DNA of 32,000 bases from Fastidiosibacter lacustris. Its GTDB lineage: Bacteria > Pseudomonadota > Gammaproteobacteria > Francisellales > Francisellaceae. The notes under the pieces are model-generated. The model worked only from the letters and a program-made list of their open reading frames with translations, was not told the DNA's origin and made no database searches. The position numbers and the translations under genes are program-made. The DNA is taken from NCBI RefSeq assembly GCF_003428155.1, contig NZ_QLIR01000012.1, positions 31,917-63,916 on the forward strand, read 5' to 3'. This document shows, piece by piece, positions 1 through 9,038 of the stretch; the first letter of the stretch is position 1; every line of letters starts with the position of its first letter.

Positions 1-204
1 GCATCCTCGGATGAAGACTTTAAATGGATTCGTGAGAATCTACAGAATGCACAACGCTTAATCGTGGGGCAATATCAAACACAAGCATATCGTGCTTTGC
101 AACAGAAATCAGAAATGGTGATGCGTGGCATACAGGTTCAACATTCTGTGGTCGGTGATCTCTCGGCACAGACAAAACAAAATTACGCTTTTACTACTTT
201 TTAG
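1..204 (+). CDS. 3' end of an upstream transfer gene (partial; TraH-like by position only)
   Basis: Frame 1 is open from the window edge to TAG 202-204 (...VVGDLSAQTKQNYAFTTF*). It ends 27 nt before the traG start. In F-type operons traH precedes traG. No family motif was recognised in the 67 visible residues. Confidence 0.35.
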   Translation, partial: ASSDEDFKWIRENLQNAQRLIVGQYQTQAYRALQQKSEMVMRGIQVQHSVVGDLSAQTKQNYAFTTF

Positions 205-231
205 CACTTTTACTCTGTTTGGAGGGATACA

Positions 232-3132
232 ATGTTAGATATTTGGGTTACATCACAATCGGGTGTGATGAAAACGGTACTTGATGGTATTGCTGCCTTT
301 TTTAATCAAAATGGTGGTGAGCTATTATTATACTTGGTGACAGCCGTTGGCTTTTTGGTGGTATTGTTAAAATACCTTGAAAAGCCCGATGTCAAACAAG
401 CCTTAACGTGGTTTATTATTGTGGCTGTTATTCCTGTCACTTTAATTAATCCTCGTGAAAAAGTCACCATTCATGATACAACAAGCACGTTAGAACAGCA
501 TGCAGTTGACAATGTGCCTTTAGGCTTAGCCTATCCGTTATCGATTATCACCAGTGTGATGTATAGTGTGACCAAAACGCTTGAAGATGCAATGCATGTT
601 CCTACGGATATTGCCTATGCCACCACAGGGATGATTTATGCGTCAAAGCTCTTTAAAGAGATGAAGAGTGTTCAGCCTGACCCTGATTTAATGAGCCAAT
701 GGTCACAGTTTATCTATATGTGTATTGACCCTAATGTTCGTGTGCGTCATCGCTATACGTATAAACAGTTATTTGATGCACCTGATATGATGAGCTTTTT
801 GAAAAGTAACACCAAGGATGGCTCGAATCATATTTACGTACCGAAAGTTAAAAAAGCAACGTCTACAACGAGTCCCAATGACATTTTTGCGCCAAAGGAT
901 GAAACATCATCTACTAATCCCAAAGATGACTGGGTTGGATGTAAAACAGCGCTGACACGTTTAGAGGAAGCTTATAAGCATTCTATGGCATGGAACTTTA
1001 AAACGATGGGCGCACTTGACCCATTAGATAAGGTTAAAGATGCCACGGCCATTGAAAAAGATATCCAAGGGGTGTATGGGTATTTTTATAAACTATCAGG
1101 TACATCACAGGAAATGATGATGCAGAATCTCATGATTAATGCGACTAAAAACGGATTAAGCAATATTGCTGCACAAAAAAATCAGATGGCTGCGGGATTA
1201 AACTATGCGCAAACGCAAAATGAAATGAACTCAACCAGTACATGGGCAACGATAGGCATGATGGCGCAGGAATATACCCCTATGGTGCAAACCATTCTGT
1301 TAATGCTAATGTGCTGTGCGTTTATTCCGATGATTTACATCGCAATGTTTCCGACCTTTACCTATAGCGTCTTGAGTAAATATATAGGAAGTTTGCTATG
1401 GATAACCAGTTGGGGTGTGTTCTATGTGTTTATCAACTTTATCATGACAGCATTTATGAAGTATCGGCTAAATGCCTTTACCGATATTTATGGCGGTATT
1501 ACGATGTCGAACATTGATGCCGTGGCAAGTTTAACCAGTCGTTATGTGACGTTAACAGGGTCATTCCTTATTTTTACGCCTTACTTAGCACGATTGGTCG
1601 TATTGGGGGCTGCCAACACGATAAGTGGCTTGGTAACGTCAATCTCATCAGGCATTACCTCGAATGCACAAGCATCAGCCAGAGGGGTTGCCACAGGTGA
1701 CTATAATTTGTTTAGCACGAATGTTGCCAATCACAGTGCTAATAATGCCAGTTTCAACAAACATAACTTTGATCGTGAGGATCGCTTTGGCAATGAATCA
1801 CGATCCAACTTGCAAGGCGGGATTGAAAGTGTTGATGCGATGGGCAATCGATATCGCGATAACCGTGTATCTAATTTAGCCACGCAGATTTCCAAAAACG
1901 AAGCAATCACAGCAGGACTAAATGAGGGCTTTAACAGCCACCTATCCAATGCCTATTCAGAAAGTCAGCAGGCACAACAGTCTTGGAATACTACTTTAAG
2001 CAGACTGGCAAGTGTTAATGATAATGAGGTAATGCGACAGTCAAGGCAAGCCAGTCAAGGAAATACTGAGAATATGTCGACTGATCAGGCGTATGCGAAT
2101 ATGGTTGATTATGCGCATAGGTTTGGAAAGGATGAGATTAAATCATTTATAAATGGAATAGCTTTGCAAGAGGGTGGGAGCGTTTCATTTGGTGGCAAAA
2201 TACCATTTACTAAAATTGGTGCAGAGGGGCATGCAAGCTTAAACTTTAATCAGTCATGGAGCAATGCAACCAATAACACATCGTCGATGAGTGCAGCCGA
2301 CCAAGAAACTTTTAGAAAGTCTTACAACAAATTAATTCAAGCTTCACAATCTGAAATTGCCAGCGTAGAATCGCATTTCGGTGTTGATAAAAGCAATTCG
2401 ATACAATCAAGTCTTACTGAAACCGAAACGCATAGTCAAAATGCAGCCAATGAGTATCGTTTGGCAATGGATTATCAAAAAGCAGCTAACTATGCTGAAA
2501 CGAATGGCTCATCGGTGAATTACAATGATATACCTCAGTTTGAGTCATGGTTAAATAAAAAGGTAGGTTCTGATCAAGCAAGCTATTATCTCAATAGCCC
2601 ACAACAGCAAGGCAGTGCTGAGTTTAAAAATCTCGTGCATAACTATCAGCAAGATTCAGCAGATCAGTTTAAACAAGAGTTTCTTGCTAACAAAGCGCAA
2701 ATTGAGTCATCGACAGGTGCACAAATTCAACATAATTCTGATGTAAAAGTTGCTGGTTTAAGTGATATTAATAGCGCCTACCAAACCAATAACAATAAGG
2801 TGGCTAATCAGTACGGTCAAAGCAAATCTGGTTTTGAAAATTGCGTTAATGATATGGATCAGAATGTTGCCAACAAAGCGGTTAGAGAAACTTTGGGGCA
2901 ATATGGGTTGAAAGGCAATACCTTTAGCGCTGACAATCCATCAAGCTTTAATCGGCAAATGGTTATTCCACCGAAGATGAATATATCCGTGGATGCGCAA
3001 GGTCAGGATTTACGTTCAAGGGCGGATGCTTTGAAGTCGGAGGTGATGAATAACAAAATGACTAACTTAGAACGCGCAAAACGTGATCCGAATATAAAAA
3101 ATAATCCAATGATGCCCATTTGGCTGCAATAG
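232..3132 (+). CDS. traG: F-type TraG (mating-pair stabilisation / entry-exclusion partner): polytopic TraG_N domain plus a long Q/N/S-rich C-terminal region
   Basis: 966-aa ORF with GGAGGG upstream of the ATG. The N-terminal half parallels F TraG as recalled: VDNVPLGLAYPLSIITS vs VDNVPVGLAMPLSLTTR, and TGMIYASKLF vs TGMLFGANLV. Several TM segments lie in aa 20-470. traT and traD follow, as in F. Confidence 0.85.
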   Translation: MLDIWVTSQSGVMKTVLDGIAAFFNQNGGELLLYLVTAVGFLVVLLKYLEKPDVKQALTWFIIVAVIPVTLINPREKVTIHDTTSTLEQHAVDNVPLGLAYPLSIITSVMYSVTKTLEDAMHVPTDIAYATTGMIYASKLFKEMKSVQPDPDLMSQWSQFIYMCIDPNVRVRHRYTYKQLFDAPDMMSFLKSNTKDGSNHIYVPKVKKATSTTSPNDIFAPKDETSSTNPKDDWVGCKTALTRLEEAYKHSMAWNFKTMGALDPLDKVKDATAIEKDIQGVYGYFYKLSGTSQEMMMQNLMINATKNGLSNIAAQKNQMAAGLNYAQTQNEMNSTSTWATIGMMAQEYTPMVQTILLMLMCCAFIPMIYIAMFPTFTYSVLSKYIGSLLWITSWGVFYVFINFIMTAFMKYRLNAFTDIYGGITMSNIDAVASLTSRYVTLTGSFLIFTPYLARLVVLGAANTISGLVTSISSGITSNAQASARGVATGDYNLFSTNVANHSANNASFNKHNFDREDRFGNESRSNLQGGIESVDAMGNRYRDNRVSNLATQISKNEAITAGLNEGFNSHLSNAYSESQQAQQSWNTTLSRLASVNDNEVMRQSRQASQGNTENMSTDQAYANMVDYAHRFGKDEIKSFINGIALQEGGSVSFGGKIPFTKIGAEGHASLNFNQSWSNATNNTSSMSAADQETFRKSYNKLIQASQSEIASVESHFGVDKSNSIQSSLTETETHSQNAANEYRLAMDYQKAANYAETNGSSVNYNDIPQFESWLNKKVGSDQASYYLNSPQQQGSAEFKNLVHNYQQDSADQFKQEFLANKAQIESSTGAQIQHNSDVKVAGLSDINSAYQTNNNKVANQYGQSKSGFENCVNDMDQNVANKAVRETLGQYGLKGNTFSADNPSSFNRQMVIPPKMNISVDAQGQDLRSRADALKSEVMNNKMTNLERAKRDPNIKNNPMMPIWLQ

Positions 3133-3134
3133 TG

Positions 3135-3548
3135 TCAGGATTGAAGCTTAAAATGCTTAGACATAAATTGTTTTATGGCAGGCATACCTGCTTTATAAGC
3201 ACAATAGTATGATGCAATAATACAGGAAATAAGAAATATAAAGAATATTGGAGCAAATGCGTAAGCGGTTTGTACAGCAGTTCTTACATCTGTCAAAAAG
3301 ATGTTAGCTAGAATAATTGCTAAAACAACAGTGAGCATGGCAAGTAATATAAAAGCAATATATCCAAATGCCCATTTTTTCTGTTCTTCCGTAAAAGTCA
3401 GCTTATCTTCTTCAGCTTTAACCACTTTGACTGCAACTGGTTCTTGGGAGGATTGTCTTTCTTCTTTCATAAAATCCATCATTTCTTTTGCCAATTCAGG
3501 ATTTGTTTCAGCTATTTTTAATAATCTTTCTTTTTGATTGTCATTCAT
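3135..3548 (-). CDS. Small inner-membrane protein (soluble acidic N-terminus, two C-terminal TM helices); function unknown
   Basis: I place the start at the internal ATG 3546-3548 (MNDNQKERLL...) because AGGGAG lies 7 nt upstream; the track start at 3587 has no SD. Hydrophobic stretches are WAFGYIAFILLAMLTVVLAIILANIFL and AYAFAPIFFIFLISCIIASYYCAY. Its stop is 2 nt from the traG stop (convergent). Confidence 0.6.
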   Translation of the reverse strand: MNDNQKERLLKIAETNPELAKEMMDFMKEERQSSQEPVAVKVVKAEEDKLTFTEEQKKWAFGYIAFILLAMLTVVLAIILANIFLTDVRTAVQTAYAFAPIFFIFLISCIIASYYCAYKAGMPAIKQFMSKHFKLQS

Positions 3549-3688
3549 TGTCAAACTCCCTTTAAATATCAGTTTTGCTTGCAGCAACTTAGCATATTTA
3601 TAGGATTATTTCAACAACAATCAATGACAAGTCAAATAGTCAAATAGCTAATCATTTGTTTCAACCAACCACAAAAGGACGATAAAAA

Positions 3689-4447
3689 GTGAAAAAATCA
3701 CACATCATTAAAACAACCACAAGCTTAACTCTGGCAGTGACTCTTCTAACGCTCAGTGGCTGTGCTGCAATTTCAACAGCGATTAAAAACAGACATTTAA
3801 AAGTCGAATCAAAAATGTCTGATAGCATATTTTTGGAGCCAGTAGCGGATAATGAAAAAACCATTTATGTGCAAGTCAAAAGCACATTAAGTGAAAACTT
3901 TGATGGCTTAAAAGAAAAACTAATCCAAGATTTTCAACAAAATGGCTGGACAGTAGTTAATGATCTTGCCAAAGCACATGATATGGTACAGATTAATGTG
4001 TTACAAATGTGGCAAGCGAAAAATCAAGCCTCCGCTTGGGGTGCGCTTAACAGTGGCTTTGGTGGAGATATTTTAACAGGTGGTTTAATGGGATTAGCCA
4101 CGGGCTATGCGACAGGTTCAGTGGGCGCAGGTATTGGTGTCGGTGCAATAGCATCTGGCGTGTCATTTTTGACAAATTCACTTATTGAAAATGTATATTT
4201 CTCAATGATCAGTGATATTCAGGTATCGGTTAGAGCTAAAGACGGACAGGTCACACAAACAACGCAATCAAGTCTATCACAAGGCACGCAAAGTAAGGTA
4301 TCACAAACCTATCAGCAATCATCTGATTGGATCAGGTATCGCACACGGATTGTGTCAGTAGCAAATCAAGTCAATTTAAAGTTTGAAGAAGCTAAGCCTG
4401 AGCTACAGGCACAAGTAGCAAAACAAGTCAGTGGTATATGGGGGTAA
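3689..4447 (+). CDS. traT: TraT surface-exclusion / serum-resistance outer-membrane lipoprotein
   Basis: GTG start with AAAGGA 9 nt upstream. Lipobox LTLSGC, then AAISTAIKNRHLKVESKMSDSIFLEP and a C-terminal ANQVNLKFEEAKPELQ. These parallel F TraT ([30 protein letters not shown] ... ANKVNLKFEEAKPVLE) as recalled. Confidence 0.9.
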   Translation: MKKSHIIKTTTSLTLAVTLLTLSGCAAISTAIKNRHLKVESKMSDSIFLEPVADNEKTIYVQVKSTLSENFDGLKEKLIQDFQQNGWTVVNDLAKAHDMVQINVLQMWQAKNQASAWGALNSGFGGDILTGGLMGLATGYATGSVGAGIGVGAIASGVSFLTNSLIENVYFSMISDIQVSVRAKDGQVTQTTQSSLSQGTQSKVSQTYQQSSDWIRYRTRIVSVANQVNLKFEEAKPELQAQVAKQVSGIWG

Positions 4448-4453
4448 GAAACA

Positions 4454-6460
4454 ATGATCCCTAAAAAAATAAAGTCGTTTATCCGCGGCACGCAGATATT
4501 TTTTTATAATTTAGCGATGTTTTTTCAGAGCATGAAGCGTATTGGGCTATGGGCAATTGTCGTCTATATCTGCCTATTTATTGTTTTAATGTTTATATTG
4601 ACGACCAAGGCAGATGTTAAAACCTTAGCGATGCAAATATGGTCAAATATGCTTAATGCTATTGGGTTTGGTGAAGTTGTTGTTGCTAATGATGCCGTTA
4701 ATGGCAGCTCGTATACTGCGGCAAGAATTGCTCATGATCCCATTGATCAGGTCTATTTTACACGCGCCTTACAACGATTTATCACACATGCCATTATTTC
4801 GGCGTTGATTGGTGGTTTTTTATATTTGCTTGCAATGGCATTTTTTATCCGTGCGTTTGTTAAAAAGGGCGATAAAAACAGTCTTGATCAGTTTGTATCA
4901 GGTACATTTTTAGCTAAGCAGGAGAAGCAAACGATTAAGTCAGTCAACCAGTCTAAAGAGGGGGCAGGTGATATTATGATTGCAAATAAACTGCCATTGC
5001 CTAGACTCTCAGAGCGACAGGGCATTTTGATTCATGGTTCAATTGGTACAGGTAAAACGCAAGTGATTATGTATTTATTGGATGAGATTAGACGTGCTGG
5101 TGATGTGGCTATTGTTTACGATAAAGAATGTACTCTCAAGCCCTATTTTTTTAATGAAGCGACCGATAAAGAGTTAAACCCCTTATCGGTATTGTGTGAA
5201 AATTGGGATATTTGGAAAGAGTGTAAAACACCGATTGAAATGGGGGCTTTAGCCACCTATTTAATGCCAAAAGCAGTCCAAGGTAGCGACCCCTTTTGGG
5301 TCGATGCAGCACGTACTATTTTTGCCAGCGTGGCATGGAAGATGCGTCATCAGCCCGATAGAAATGTCATCAAGTTGCTTCAAGTTTTATTAACCACCTC
5401 ATTAGATGAGTTGCGTGGCATATTAAAGGGTACAGAAGCAGAAAACTTAGTGTCCAAAGATATTGAAAAAACAGCTATTTCGATCCGTGCGGTGATGGCT
5501 ACCTATACCAAATCATTACGATTTTTAGAGGGCTTAAATAAAGATGAATTAAAAAAATCAAACAAAGTAAGAAAAGCAAAAAAATCAAAAGAACCGTTTG
5601 CGATTTGTGACTGGATACAAGAGCAGGCTACCAATCAGACTCAGCAAAAAGGCTGGCTGTTTGTAACCTCACGTGCTAATTTTCATGCAGAGATTAAACC
5701 ACTCATTTCTGCATGGTTAGGCATGGCACTCAAATCGATTCAATCGTTACAACCAAATTCAAGCAGACGCGTCTGGGTGATTATGGATGAAAAAGCGAGT
5801 TTAAATCGACTGGAGGGCTTTTCTGATATTGCTGCGGATATTCGAAAGTTTGGCGGCTGTGTGGTATTAGGATTGCAAAGTCATTCGCAAGTCAATTTTA
5901 TCTATGGGCGTGATGAGGCAACTGCAATTACTGATAATATGAACACCAGTGTTTATTTTAGATCACCGAAAAAGCAAGTGGCTGAATGGGTATCGCAAGA
6001 CTTGGGTGAGCATGTTTTAGAAGAAATCAGGGAAAGTCAGTCCTATGGTCCCAATACGATACGTGATGGGAATACCATAGCCAGACAACGTGTCACCAGA
6101 AGAACGGTCGATACTGGCACTATTATGAACCTTGAAAATTTAAACTGTTATGTGCGATTAGCTGGGAATCATCCGATTACCAGATTGACTATTGATTATA
6201 AGGAGCGTAAACCATTATTGGAACAACCGCTGATAGAACGCGCCATTGATTATGATGCGATTGAAAAGGTCGCAATGGAAGCCTTGAAAGCGGAAAGCAA
6301 TCCTGAGCGTGATGAGGCAGTTAAGGTCGAGCAGAAAGTTAATCAAGTCAATGATAAGGTTGGGCGTAATGCCAACGTTGTAGATGGAATGGAAACAGAA
6401 GATCATCAAGCACATCAAGTTAAAAAACAGGAAAGCACATACATATTTCATCAGTTATGA
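4454..6460 (+). CDS. traD: TraD type IV coupling protein (FtsK/VirD4-like ATPase)
   Basis: 668 aa with two N-terminal TM helices and Walker A GSIGTGKTQ. F-TraD-like blocks: ELNPLS, WDIWKEC, DPFW, EKTAISIRAVMATYTKSLRFLEG, GWLF, RRVWVIMDE (Walker B), RKFGGC. Confidence 0.9.
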   Translation: MIPKKIKSFIRGTQIFFYNLAMFFQSMKRIGLWAIVVYICLFIVLMFILTTKADVKTLAMQIWSNMLNAIGFGEVVVANDAVNGSSYTAARIAHDPIDQVYFTRALQRFITHAIISALIGGFLYLLAMAFFIRAFVKKGDKNSLDQFVSGTFLAKQEKQTIKSVNQSKEGAGDIMIANKLPLPRLSERQGILIHGSIGTGKTQVIMYLLDEIRRAGDVAIVYDKECTLKPYFFNEATDKELNPLSVLCENWDIWKECKTPIEMGALATYLMPKAVQGSDPFWVDAARTIFASVAWKMRHQPDRNVIKLLQVLLTTSLDELRGILKGTEAENLVSKDIEKTAISIRAVMATYTKSLRFLEGLNKDELKKSNKVRKAKKSKEPFAICDWIQEQATNQTQQKGWLFVTSRANFHAEIKPLISAWLGMALKSIQSLQPNSSRRVWVIMDEKASLNRLEGFSDIAADIRKFGGCVVLGLQSHSQVNFIYGRDEATAITDNMNTSVYFRSPKKQVAEWVSQDLGEHVLEEIRESQSYGPNTIRDGNTIARQRVTRRTVDTGTIMNLENLNCYVRLAGNHPITRLTIDYKERKPLLEQPLIERAIDYDAIEKVAMEALKAESNPERDEAVKVEQKVNQVNDKVGRNANVVDGMETEDHQAHQVKKQESTYIFHQL

Positions 6461-6592
6461 TATGGCGATTGTAGAGCAAATGATTATTATTGTTCAACAG
6501 GCATTATCTTGTATTAGAAACAGCAATGTAAGGCTTGTATTTAAAGGCATTGCAGTATATTTTATCAATACAAACTCAAAAGGAGTGATCAA

Positions 6593-6793
6593 ATGGCTAA
6601 GAAAAAAGACATTAAAAGTTATAAAAAAGATGAATTTGTGAGTTTAGTTGCAGAAAAAATGAATACAACCAAAGACACGGCTAATAGATCAGTTGATGCC
6701 TTTATTGAAGCGGTCACAGATATTGTCAAAAACGGTGATTCGGTTAATTTCATTGGCTTTGGCAAGTTTAGTGTGGGTGAACGTGCAGCGTGA
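6593..6793 (+). pseudogene. HU/IHF-fold DNA-binding protein lacking the beta-arm (66 aa; truncated or frameshifted)
   Basis: AAAGGAG SD. FVSLVAEKMNTTKDTANRSVDAFIEAVTDIVKNGDSVNFIGFGKFSVGERAA* matches the HU helical body up to the conserved R-A-A. It stops where the R-x-G-R-N-P beta-arm should begin. The TGA overlaps a GTG (GTGA) that opens the next ORF. Confidence 0.55.
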
Positions 6794-7740
6794 AGACAAA
6801 GAAACGAAGTAAAAGCCATACGAGCCATAAAAGCAGTGGAAGCAATCGCAACAAAAGGAATAAAAGGAATGATCTTTTCGAGTTTTCAAGCGCACTTGAT
6901 TTGATGTTAGCGGGACATGATCAGGTGATTGGCTCAGATTTTATTATGCGTAAGCGTGACACGTTAAATGCTGACATTGGTCATTTAAACCCAGATGACT
7001 TAAATACTTACGACCAAGCTTATATTGAACGCTTAATTCACTGTCAAGCTAAGGAATGTCTTACCATTCCAACGGATGTTGAGTTGCAGCGTTTGTCTAA
7101 TGAATATACGAAACAGCGAGAGGTTTTATCTGCTTATCATGATGAAGTCGTTGATATTATGATCGATTATGACACCGAAGCTGCTAAAGAGTTGGGTAAT
7201 TTTGACCCCTACATTGATAAAGTGGTCATTCGTAATCAAGCTGAAATGAATTTTTTCTATGACTATATTACCTTGTATCGAACAGTAAAAAATAAACGTG
7301 TGATTATTGACTGGAGAGAAGCTCACCCTGATGCAGTTAATCAGAACAATAGGCAGGTTGTTACAGCACTTGAACAGGCGCGGTTTGCCATATTGCGATT
7401 AGATGAGAATTTAGCACATGGCGGTATTAGAGTTACAGATATGATTACCCAGAAAGAAAGCTTATTAATTGATAAAGCACTCAATCGTTCACGTAAAGAG
7501 GGTATGTTTTTTATTTGCTCATTATTAACAATGGGTAAATATGTGATGACAAGTGGTGGCGGTGTTCCTGTTGACCCCAAAGCCGCTGCGGGTAAATCTG
7601 CGCTAAGTCTGTCTCAACCTTATTTGGCACAATTACGTAATGCGCAATCAGTTATTGATGAAAATGTGCTGCAATGTGTCCGTAAGATATATGGACTTTG
7701 TTTGCGTGGTGGTGCCTTAAGTCATATTACGGTTCATTAA
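6790..7740 (+). CDS. Hypothetical protein (316 aa from GTG; true start may be ATG 6904 or 6946)
   Basis: Long ORF with no recognised motif. The first ~35 codons (KTKKRSKSHTSHKSSGSNRNKRNKRN) lie where the missing HU C-terminus would be, so they may be out-of-frame relic sequence. No convincing SD precedes any candidate start. Confidence 0.5.
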   Translation: MKTKKRSKSHTSHKSSGSNRNKRNKRNDLFEFSSALDLMLAGHDQVIGSDFIMRKRDTLNADIGHLNPDDLNTYDQAYIERLIHCQAKECLTIPTDVELQRLSNEYTKQREVLSAYHDEVVDIMIDYDTEAAKELGNFDPYIDKVVIRNQAEMNFFYDYITLYRTVKNKRVIIDWREAHPDAVNQNNRQVVTALEQARFAILRLDENLAHGGIRVTDMITQKESLLIDKALNRSRKEGMFFICSLLTMGKYVMTSGGGVPVDPKAAAGKSALSLSQPYLAQLRNAQSVIDENVLQCVRKIYGLCLRGGALSHITVH

Positions 7741-7744
7741 GTCG

Positions 7745-8674
7745 ATGACTGAGCAAACGAAACCACTACCGACAGCGCATGATGTCTTTTTTAAAGCCAA
7801 CCTTGCCGAAAAAAGTAAGGCAAAAGCATTACTGAAACAAATCTACTCAAAGGAGTTGGTAAGCAAGCTTGATTTAAAACATTTAAAGCACGTTCCGACT
7901 GAGTTTATACAACACAACTTGCGTAAAGTGGTCGGTGATGTGCTGTATATGACTAAGCTGAACGGCAAAGATGCTTATGTTTACGTCCTTTTTGAACATC
8001 AGTCAAGCAGTGATGAATTAATGGCATTTAGGCTGTTGTTGTATGTGGTGCAGATCATGCAACAGCATTTGCAACAGGGGCATGATAAGTTACCTATTAT
8101 TTTGCCTGCCGTTATATACCACGGCAAAGAGTCACCTTATCCTTATTCGACTGACTTGATGGACTGCTTTGCGGATAAGGAAATAGCCCAAGAATATATG
8201 TTCAAGTCATTTAATTTGCTTGACTTAACGATCATGAGTGATGATGACTTAGGCAAATTTGATGCTAATTTAGTCTTTGAATATATGCTTAAACACAGTC
8301 GGGATAACCTAACAGATAAGTTGATAAAATGGCTGTTACAGTACCCACATCAAGCGATTTATTTCATAAAATCTGGCAATAATCTGTTAAATCAAGTATT
8401 CTCATATATAGAAAGTCGCGATGATGTTGACAGTGAAGCGATAGACAAATTAATCGGTGTCATTAATGATAATACAGGTGGTGAGTTTATGAATTACTTA
8501 CAAAGGCGAGAACAAAAGGCAGAACAACAAGGTGCGATTTTAAAGGCACAAGATACTGCGAAAACTATGCTTATTGATGGTTTAGATGATAGTGTCGTTA
8601 TCAAATATACTGGACTTGACCTTGATACTGTCCTTAAACTCAAAAAAGAAATTAGCACTAAGACAAAACACTAG
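7745..8674 (+). CDS. Rpn-family recombination-promoting nuclease / putative transposase (YhgA-like PD-(D/E)XK)
   Basis: Family-typical N-terminus HDVFFKANLAEKSKAKALL. The core DVLYMTKLNGKDAYVYVLFEHQSSSDELMAFRLLLY holds the D...E-H-Q nuclease motif. There is a helical C-terminal tail. Confidence 0.8.
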   Translation: MTEQTKPLPTAHDVFFKANLAEKSKAKALLKQIYSKELVSKLDLKHLKHVPTEFIQHNLRKVVGDVLYMTKLNGKDAYVYVLFEHQSSSDELMAFRLLLYVVQIMQQHLQQGHDKLPIILPAVIYHGKESPYPYSTDLMDCFADKEIAQEYMFKSFNLLDLTIMSDDDLGKFDANLVFEYMLKHSRDNLTDKLIKWLLQYPHQAIYFIKSGNNLLNQVFSYIESRDDVDSEAIDKLIGVINDNTGGEFMNYLQRREQKAEQQGAILKAQDTAKTMLIDGLDDSVVIKYTGLDLDTVLKLKKEISTKTKH

Positions 8675-8746
8675 ATTTAAATATTTGGTACAAAAATCTC
8701 GCTTTGGATTGATATTCAAATAAATTCTTTGAGCTAAATTGCCTAT

Positions 8747-8843
8747 CCCCGCAGCAAGCTACGGGGTATTTCGGCAATTTTCCTACGGAACCGCTCAAAG
8801 TGACCTTCTCCATTCGCAGCAGAGCTGCGGGGAATTAAACCCC
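8747..8843. repeat. Two related GC-rich hairpin units, 65 nt apart, in direct orientation
   Basis: Unit 1 is CCCCGCAGCAAGCTACGGGGTATT (8747-8770), with stem CCCCG/CGGGG. Unit 2 is CGCAGCAGAGCTGCGGGGAATT (8815-8836), with stem CGCAGC/GCTGCG, followed by GGGGAATTAAACCCC. The shared core is CGCAGCA.AGCT.CGGGG.ATT. Confidence 0.5.
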
Positions 8844-9038
8844 ACGGAGATTAAAAACAACTCTCGTGTGATAAGGGGTAATGTGTCAATTTTTTGATTT
8901 AAATTTATTGAAAATCCTTATTTAAAAGCATCCGTAAAATACTTACAAAACCATGAGTAAGATAGCAAAGCAAGCGATATGTATAAGTAGACTTTGAAGT
9001 CCAATGGAACGAAAATGTACGCTAAGAAACTTTCTGAT

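Noticed and set aside
8747-8843. Calling the two GC-rich units a CRISPR array.
   Set aside because: There are only two units at ~80% core identity, an out-of-register third fragment, no cas genes and no leader. This is insufficient for a CRISPR feature, so it is reported as a repeat and a finding only.
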